DNA of 64,000 nt from an uncultured Gammaproteobacteria bacterium (GTDB taxonomy: Bacteria; Patescibacteriota; Microgenomatia; Levybacterales; GWA1-39-11). The position numbers and the translations under genes are program-made. The stretch is taken from assembly GCA_964425075.1 (NCBI GenBank), contig CAYRKM010000001.1, positions 106,137-170,136 on the forward strand, given 5' to 3'. The notes under the pieces are model-generated. The model was not told where the DNA came from. It saw only the letters and a list, made by a program, of their open reading frames with translations, and did no database searches. This document shows, in pieces, positions 17,823 through 26,600 of the stretch. The first letter of the stretch is position 1. Every line of letters begins with the position of its first letter.

Positions 17823-18595
17823 ATATGAAAACTGCTATTAAACACCTCTATTCTCCCATGGGCACAATTGCTTTCTTAAGCATAAACTTTGCCCTTTTTG
17901 CTCTATTTTATGCTCAGACTATTGATGCTCAAAGTCGAATGTCAAACGATAGGTTCATTATTAGGTTCGGAAATCTTAACACCGCAGCTGGAAATTCTTC
18001 CAATTCACAATATGGCTTGGGACAAACTGTTGGACAAATAGCCCCAGGCCTTTATAGTGGCACAAATTACAAGGTTCGCGCGGGTTTCCAGTACATACAT
18101 AGCATCATACCCTTTGCCTTCTCTATTTCGTCACAATTTGTTGATTTTGGGCCAATTACACCAGGCGCTGCAATTACCCGTACAAATGTACTTACAATTT
18201 CAAATGGCTCAGCTTATGGATACTCAGTTCTTGCTTCAGAAAACCATCCTTTGAGGGTAAATCCGATAGGCGTAGATATTCCCGACACAACGTGTGACTC
18301 TGGAACTTGTAACGAACAAACAGCCTCAGCCTGGACAAGTGTACTCACTTATGGCTTTGGCTACCGCTGCGATAACTTAGTCGGGGCTGACTGCCAATCT
18401 GGATTTTCATCAAGTGATAATTATCGTCAGTTTGCCTCAAGTAGTTCTGGAGAATTAGCATTTCCTGTAATGCGTGGTGTAAATGTAGGCAGAAACATCC
18501 AGTCACAGATTACATATAAGGTAAATATTTCCTCAACTCAGCCTGCGGGATTATATGAAAATGTCATTACATACGTAGCTACTCCCTCTATCTAA
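17819..18595 (+). CDS. secreted surface protein, paralog of 811..2334 (C-terminus ...ITYVATPSI); possibly a divergent WxL-like domain
   Basis: Signal peptide (IAFLSINFALFALFYAQTIDAQS). C-terminal half aligns with 811..2334, see above. Confidence 0.6.
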   Translation: MNMKTAIKHLYSPMGTIAFLSINFALFALFYAQTIDAQSRMSNDRFIIRFGNLNTAAGNSSNSQYGLGQTVGQIAPGLYSGTNYKVRAGFQYIHSIIPFAFSISSQFVDFGPITPGAAITRTNVLTISNGSAYGYSVLASENHPLRVNPIGVDIPDTTCDSGTCNEQTASAWTSVLTYGFGYRCDNLVGADCQSGFSSSDNYRQFASSSSGELAFPVMRGVNVGRNIQSQITYKVNISSTQPAGLYENVITYVATPSI

Positions 18596-18995
18596 ATTTA
18601 TAAGTGAAAAGTTGCATCTTCGGAGTTAAAAGTCGCAATTTGAGCTTGGATTTGTATAATTGTAGTATATTTTGTGCGTAGTAAAGGCTAGGAATTTAAA
18701 AAACGTTGATATATCAATCCAAAGTCTATACTCTACTTGTTATCACTTTGACCATCTTTTTGCCATTTGCAATTTTGAAAACCAAGCAAACTAAATGATA
18801 TACTTTGATATATATATTTTCACAGAGTGCTTTTCACACTTAATCTCGGAAGTAAAATAAATCTATTACCGCATAACTCGAAAAATAATACAAACTTGGG
18901 CTTATATATAACTCCGCTAGAATACTACTTCTGTGAAACATAAACCCGGGAACATAAAACTTTAACTTTTAGATTATTTACAGTAGTATGAATAT

Positions 18996-19958
18996 ATGAA
19001 GCGGTTGTTTTTTATTCTTTCTTTAAGCTTATTCTTTTGCATCATTTCTTCGCAAAATGTTAGCGCCCAAGCTCTTTCTGTTAGTGTTTATCCACCCATT
19101 CTTGAAGTTCAAACTACACCTCCATCCTCACCAACGGCTCCAATTACAATTCAAAACCTAGGGGAAACAGATATTGCACTTTCAATTCAACTAATTCCCC
19201 TCAAAATGAACCCAAACGGAACAGGGGACGTTTTATTTTTCCCCGATGCACTAAATCAAGGCTTTTATGGCTACTACAAGGGTAGGATTCAATTCTTAGT
19301 TGATGACGTAAAAACTGAAAAAGTAACACTTCAAGCTCAAGAATCTAAGCAAGTAACCCTTAACATTAATCTTAAAAAGGGAGATCCTCCAGGAGACTAT
19401 TACTATGGAATTGTTTTCCTTAGCGAAGGAAAAACACTTGAGGACACATCTTTAACCTCACTTCCTGCAGGGATTTCTACCAATCTTCTACTCTCAGTTG
19501 GACCCAAAAAACCGTCGGTTGGAGGCATAACTGAATTCAGTACTTCAGCTTTTAAGAACAATGGACCGGTTGAATTTACTCTAAAGCTTCATAACGGCAG
19601 CGAGCACCTTATCAGTCCAACTGGAAAAGTATCAATAAATAATATGCTTGGTAAAAAGGTTGCCTCAATTGACATTCTACCCCAATATATTCTTGCTCAA
19701 AGCGATCGTTACTTAATAAATCAATCTTCATCAACCTCTGCTACTTTAAGCACAAATGAGACTCCAAAGGTTATTTGGAATGAAAAATTTCTTTTAGGAT
19801 TTTATACTGCAACAGCCAATATAAGGCTTGAAGAAAATGGAAATATCTTAACAGAAAAAACCTACTTCTTTGCTTTTCCTATTTATCTCTTCTTTGGTGT
19901 CGCAATTGTATTCTTTGTTCTTGCTGGAATTTATCTTAGAGTGAAGAAAAAGATGTAA
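18996..19958 (+). CDS. cell-surface protein with signal peptide and C-terminal TM anchor (CscA/DUF916-like architecture); paralog of 2430..3404
   Basis: Signal LFFILSLSLFFCIISSQNVSAQA. C-terminal FAFPIYLFFGVAIVFFVLAGIYL followed by RVKKKM. Confidence 0.6.
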   Translation: MKRLFFILSLSLFFCIISSQNVSAQALSVSVYPPILEVQTTPPSSPTAPITIQNLGETDIALSIQLIPLKMNPNGTGDVLFFPDALNQGFYGYYKGRIQFLVDDVKTEKVTLQAQESKQVTLNINLKKGDPPGDYYYGIVFLSEGKTLEDTSLTSLPAGISTNLLLSVGPKKPSVGGITEFSTSAFKNNGPVEFTLKLHNGSEHLISPTGKVSINNMLGKKVASIDILPQYILAQSDRYLINQSSSTSATLSTNETPKVIWNEKFLLGFYTATANIRLEENGNILTEKTYFFAFPIYLFFGVAIVFFVLAGIYLRVKKKM

Positions 19959-20613
19959 AGCCCCCAATACTCTTTTGCATCTTTATAGTTTCCTCGAATA
20001 ATCCTGTGTCATCTCTCAATATTCTCCAATGTATTAATTTATCCTTACATAATATGACTAAATTTAAATGGACAATTCTGTCACATCTCAATTTAATTTG
20101 CTAATATACGTCCTATAAATGATGAGTAAGCCATTTCTACTCCAGGATTTTTGGAATATATAGTAAATTAAGACACTCTACTCCTCCTTTTTTTGTAATT
20201 ATTTTACACGGGAATACAATTTATCTCCGCATAATATCAAAGTGTATCAACAATAAAAAGAACAGTTTGTTATATTTTGATATATTATTTTTTGAGCAAA
20301 ATATTTTTTTTATATATATAGGAAATTGTGAAAATTTAAAAATTAGATTTTCGCAGGATTTTGGTCAAAATTGCTAATGATGTAATCAGTATCTTAATGC
20401 ATCAAAGAAGTGCTTCCTTTTCACACACCTATTGACACCAATTACCTACTTTATTTACGCTTAGTATTAGCTATGTATAATCGATATAATCAGTATAATT
20501 TTGAGCTTATCTTCTTATCTTTCGGTAATAGTTTTTTGGCACTTTCACACACCCAAAAAATATCACATGAAAATAATATTTCTTGTTTTTCACACCCTTT
20601 CTAATATTTCACC

Positions 20614-23600
20614 ATGGAATTCCTTGAACTATTCAAAAGACAACTTACACAAACTTCAAATGGTATTTCAAAAATAAGCCTGAAGAACTATCTTTCTGAT
20701 ATTCGTCACTTTATTAACTGGTTTGAGTACACCACAGGGAACACTTTTTCACCAAAAAATATTACCGCAGAGGTAATTGAGCTATATATTGCATCCCAGG
20801 GAGCAGTAATTTCAGACGGAAACCTTTCAACCCAAGACAAACTTTCGCCAAGCTCTATGAAAAGACATCTTTCCTCGCTTCGAAAGTTTGTCTCGGTGCT
20901 CAAAAAAGAAAACCTACTTGAAGAAAATCCGTTTGAGGAAATTAACCAGACAAATGAAGAACAGAATTACGATTATTGGCACTTTGATTCATTTAAAGAT
21001 TATTTGCTCCAAAATAATGCCTCAAAATTAACCGTAAAAAATTATCTTTCTGATATAAAAGGTTTTGCAAGTTGGTACGAACAGGCAATATTACCTACGC
21101 TTATTTCCCCTCTCACCTCAACTAATGGTGCTTATCGGATCTCTCAAGAAATAGTTCAGGAATATAAAGACAGATTGTTTAATATACAATCATCAGCTCC
21201 ACGCACAATTAACCGCAAACTGTCTTCACTCCGCCGATATTTGGAGTTTGGAACGAATAAGGGCTTTATTAATCCTGGAGAAATAGTTCTACCTTCTATC
21301 CAAATAGGGAAAGAGGAGGCAGAACCTGTAAAGATTCAGCTAAAAGATCTTAATCAAACTCAAACTTTAGAAACAAAAAGCTATTCTTCCTTTCCTCCAG
21401 CAAGACTTCTTCAAAAGCTAGTTATTTTCCCTTATTTACTTCTTGAAGATGCCGTTGCCTCAAAAGTCGCAACAATTATGACTGGAAAAGAAATGATTGC
21501 AGGAATTGCACTTTCTCAATTAGATAAAGTGAAAATGAGCACTCGCGCTATAGTCAATGCTCAAAATCAATCAATTGACGCGATTTTGGGCGTAAGAAAT
21601 GTAAAAAAGGAATTCTATGCTCCTCACCAAGTACAATTATCTGGACTCCCTTTCCACAAAAAATTACTTTATCATGCACGATATACTAGACCAAAATGGT
21701 ATAAAACATATCATAGTTATCCATTTGTACATTATGCCCATTTTGCACTCCTTATAATCTTTGCAGTTGGAGTTGGGGTTGCAGCTTATCAGAATTTGGT
21801 AGGAAAAAATCAAAGACCAACCTTTGCCGCCCCCACGGCTCCACCGAGAATACTTTCATTTCAGGGAAGACTAACTGACGCAAGTGATAACCCAATTACA
21901 AGTGCAACGGATATCCGGTTTGCAATTTATAATGATCTTTCAGCATCAGGCGCTGCTCTTTTGTGGCAAGAAGTTCACTACGTTGTAACCCCTGACCAAG
22001 ATGGAATATTCTCCGTACTTTTGGGAACAAATGATGCAATACCTTCAACTGTATTTTCAGATAATGCAGGAACTTATCTTGGTGTTACAATCAACCAAAC
22101 ATCAGAACTTACGCCACGTCAAAGAATTGCCGCAGTTGCATACGCTACTAATTCTGAACAGCTTCAAGGAATGCCTCCTATTACCGCAGGTGGGGCTGGA
22201 ACCTCAAATGTTGTACTAGCACTTGATTCATCAGGTAATCTAACCATTGGTGGAAGCGCAGCTCCAACCTTTACAGCCTCGGGGGGTCAATTCAGACTAT
22301 CGGGTCAGCCTCTTGTTCTAAATACAAATTCAAGTTCAAATGGAAATATCGTTCTTGCTCCTGATGGACTTGGAAGGATAGATCTTCAAAAACCACTAGT
22401 AAATAGTGGAACTTCAGGGAACATTACTCCAGGGGGAGTTGAGGTAAATGATAAATTTGGAGTTCTTGCAACAGAATCGGGAGTCGCATCATTTGTTATC
22501 AACAACAATGGTTCAAGCGACATTTTTACAGCCTCATCATCGGGATCTCCTCGCTTTACTATCTCAACAACAGGCGCTCTTACTATTCCAACATATAACA
22601 CAAATGGTGGAATCTTCTATGCAAATGGTTCGGGAGTTGTTGCACAGACAACTGCAGGAAGCTCGGGGGAATGTTTGCAGTCAATTGGAGGAGGAACACC
22701 AACTTGGGGATCTTGCGGAAGCGGCAGCGGAAGTCTTTGGAGATTATCAAGTGGCGCTTTATCTCCCATAAATGATACTGCGGATGTATTGATTGGAAGT
22801 AATGCTACAGCAAGCGCGAAATTCGCATTCATAAATGTTGCTGGGGGAACACCAACAGCTTCAATCTCTGCAAGTAGCGGAAACAATTGGACAACATTAA
22901 GCGGAGATGGAATTTTGGGAACAACAAACAAACAAACACTTTCTATAGGAAACAGCTCGACAGGAATTATTGCAATTAATTCTCCCGAGAACAGTAAAAC
23001 CTCAATTGGAACAGGCTCAACACTTGGAACACTTAAGATTTCAGGTCAGTCTCCGGGAAAAGCTTTAGTAAACCTCCAATATCTAGGGTCTGGTCAAAAT
23101 ATTTTGGTTGCATCAAATTCCGCCGGAACCAATGTCTTTACTATCGAGGAGGACGGAGACATTATTGTGGGAAATGCGGGTGCAGGCAAATTGACAGCTG
23201 CAATAATTGACCCTTATCTAATCCAAAATCAATACACGTCAGTTACTCCCGAACTTATTTTCCAAACAATGGCAGCTACAAGTGGAGACTTTATATATAA
23301 AAACCAATCAACCGAGCTTGCACGCCTTGCCCAAGCCGGACAATTTCAACTTCCAATAACAGGCTCTTCAGGAGGACTTGTAATTGGAGCTGACACACAG
23401 CTTTTTAGAGGCTCTGCCGATAGGCTTGATTTAGCATCAGGCGACTCATTTAATCTTGTTTCGGGTAGCATTCAAATTGGCGGAACTACGGTTATTGACT
23501 CCTCACAAAATGCAACATTCAGCAGCCTAACTGTTACTGGTGGATGTACGGGTTGTGTAAGCGCATCAGATTCACCTTTTAAGGTATTAAGTGGTGCAAT

Positions 23601-26600
23601 TGTACCACTCAACTCAACGCTTGACTTCACTCTTGGTGGTCAATCAAGCGCATCAGCAAAATTTGCAGTACTTAATATCGGCACAGGAACACCCACAGCT
23701 TCAATCTCTGCAAATTCTGGAGATAATGCTCTATATATAACAGGAGACGGTTCTCTTGCAACAACCAATAGACAAAGCCTAACAATTGGAAATTCATCAA
23801 CATATAACACAACGGGAAATGTGCTGATAAATTCTAATGCAACCGGCAATGTTGGGTTAAGAACCGCAACGCCTACAAGTTTCAACGTAGAATTTGCGGG
23901 AAGCCTTGGACCAGCAGTAGATAATTCCTCTGTTCTTGGATCTGCATCAAGGAGATTAAATTCTATATATTTAGGTGACGGTGGTCTCCAAGCTGTAGGC
24001 AATGCCGGAACTTCCGGATCTGTAAATATCAATACAGCTGCAAGTGCTGTTACGGTCACTAGATACGGACAAAGGATATTGAATAATACGTTAAATACTA
24101 CAACAGACGGAATTGATAAATATGGACTTTATATCAACAACACAGGTTCTTTTACAGGACTGACAGGAACTTCTACCAATAACTACTCTTTATACATCTC
24201 TACACCTTCAGGTGCTGATAACAATTATTCTATATATTCAGCGGGTGGAACAAATTACCTTGCAGGAAATACAGGACTTGGTACAACAACACCGACAGCT
24301 CTTCTTGATGTAGCAGGTACTGCTTCTGTTTCAGGGGCTTTGAAGCTATATGGAACTCCTACCATCCAATCTACTGCAAATCAAACATTGACACTAGGTG
24401 GAGATACAACTGGAAGTATTGTGCTTTCACCTCTCAATGGTTCGGGGACAATTCAACTTACAAATTTTACTACAAACGGTGGCTTAATATATACTAATGG
24501 ATCAGGTGTACTGGCTCAAACCGGTGCAGGAAGCGCTACTCAATGTTTGCTTGGAGGCACTACTCCTACTTATGGCAGTTGTGCAACTGGAACAACCGTA
24601 ACACCTTTCCAAGAATTAACTGGTGCAATAGTACCAAATAATTCAACTCTGGACTTCCTAATTGGAGGGCAAGCAACAGCAAGTGCTAAATTTGGAATAT
24701 TAAATATAGCCGGAGGAACACCAACCGCCTCAATTAGTGCAAATAATGGGAATATAGCAACTTACCTTGCCGGTGACGGGACTCTTGCAACTACAAATAG
24801 GCAAACTTTAACTATTGGTAATTCCTCTACATACAACACAACGGGAGAAGTACTAATAAATCCTAATGGAACTGGAAATGTAGGCGTCGGGACAACAAGC
24901 GCAAGGTCAAAATTCCATGTTGCCAATGCTTACTCAGGCCAAGCAACACCTAATGCCTCTTCTATCTTAACAATTGAAAACAATGCTAATGCATATTTAA
25001 GTTTTCTTACACCGGCCAATGTTCAGAGCGGTATCCTTTTTGGAAGTCCTACAAATTCAGCTCAAGGACAAATTACCTACAATCATTCTTCAAATTATTT
25101 AAATTTTTATACAGGAGGAGCTGATAGGGCTAGAATTACAAGCACGGGTTTTGGAATCGGCATGACTTCACCAATATCTCAACTTCATGTTTCAAGAAGT
25201 GCAGCGGCTACGGGCAAAGCATTGGCTGTTTTTGATCAAACGGAAAGTCAAGATATAATAACAGCTTCTGCTTCTGGTATTACAAAGTTTGCAATTACAA
25301 ACAGTGGGGTTTTGCAACTTGTTGGTGGACAAACTTCAGATATTGATACTTTAACAAATGCTACTCTAAATATTGGGGCGACAAATGCCACCACTATTTC
25401 TATTGGTCGATCAAGCCAAGGTATTACACTTCCTGGATTTACTGGTCAAAATGGAATACTTTATGGAACTTCAGGAACTGGAGTATTAGCTCAAGCGACT
25501 ACTGCCTCTACTGGTCTTTGTCTACTCTCAGGAGCCGCAAATCCAGCTTGGGGAACTTGTCCAACAACAGGAAATTCAAGCTCAAACTGGACACTGAACT
25601 CAACAGATGGAACTCTTTATCCAATAAATAGTACTCTTGATGTATTAATAGGTAATACTGCATCAACTTCTGCCAAATTTGCATTCTTAAATGTTGCTGG
25701 AGGAGTACCCACAGCTTCAATTTCTGCAAATACAGCTGATAACAATACTTTCTTAACAGGAGCTGGTAACCTTGCAACAACCAACAAACAAACCCTAACA
25801 CTTGGGGGCAGCACAACAGGAGGAATAGTTATTGATTCAGGAAGCTCCTCAATAAATCTTGCGGATGATACCTCTATAACAGGTAATATTACTGGCTCAG
25901 GTACAACTGGACTTACTCTCACGGGTGCTGGAGCTGGAATTACCTTCTCAGGAAGTGGACTTCATGAAATAGGTGCCTCATCAGGAACTCTTCGAATTGG
26001 AACACACACACTAACCGGCGCAATAACCGGAGGAAATCAAAATATCAGCTCAATTGGTAACATCTCAGCGAATTCTTCCTCAAATACATTAACTGGTTTT
26101 GGAACAATTGGAACTTCTGGAACTACTGCTTTCGTTGGCACCAACCTAACCCTAGCAGGTGCTGCAACTGATATAACTTCAGGTGCCAATCAAGACTTGG
26201 CAATAACTGCAAATGGTACAGGAAACCTAATACTTACCACAGATTTTGATACTAGCGTAAAAGTTGGTACATCAAATAATATCATGGCACCTCTTTCGGT
26301 ATCTGGAGGTATCGGATCTAATGCTGGATTTATCCTAGATCAACTTAATGATGGGGACTTATTCACTGCCTCTGCTGCTGGGGTTACTAAATTTACTTTC
26401 ACAAACGGCGGGTCGCTTAACCTTACAGGTGGTCAAACAATAGATACTTTAGCTTCCGGAACTCTAGGAATTGGCACTACAACAGCTACTACTCTTACGT
26501 TGGGCAGAAGTGGACAAGGGATTACACTTCCAGGCTTTACGGGTCAAAATGGAATACTTTATGGAACTTCAGGAACTGGAGTACTTGCACAGGCCACGAC

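Noticed and set aside
20410-20604. 64-aa ORF immediately upstream of the giant gene
   Set aside because: It lies in an AT-rich promoter/leader region full of repeated TTTCACAC motifs, has no RBS and a low-complexity product. Treated as non-coding.
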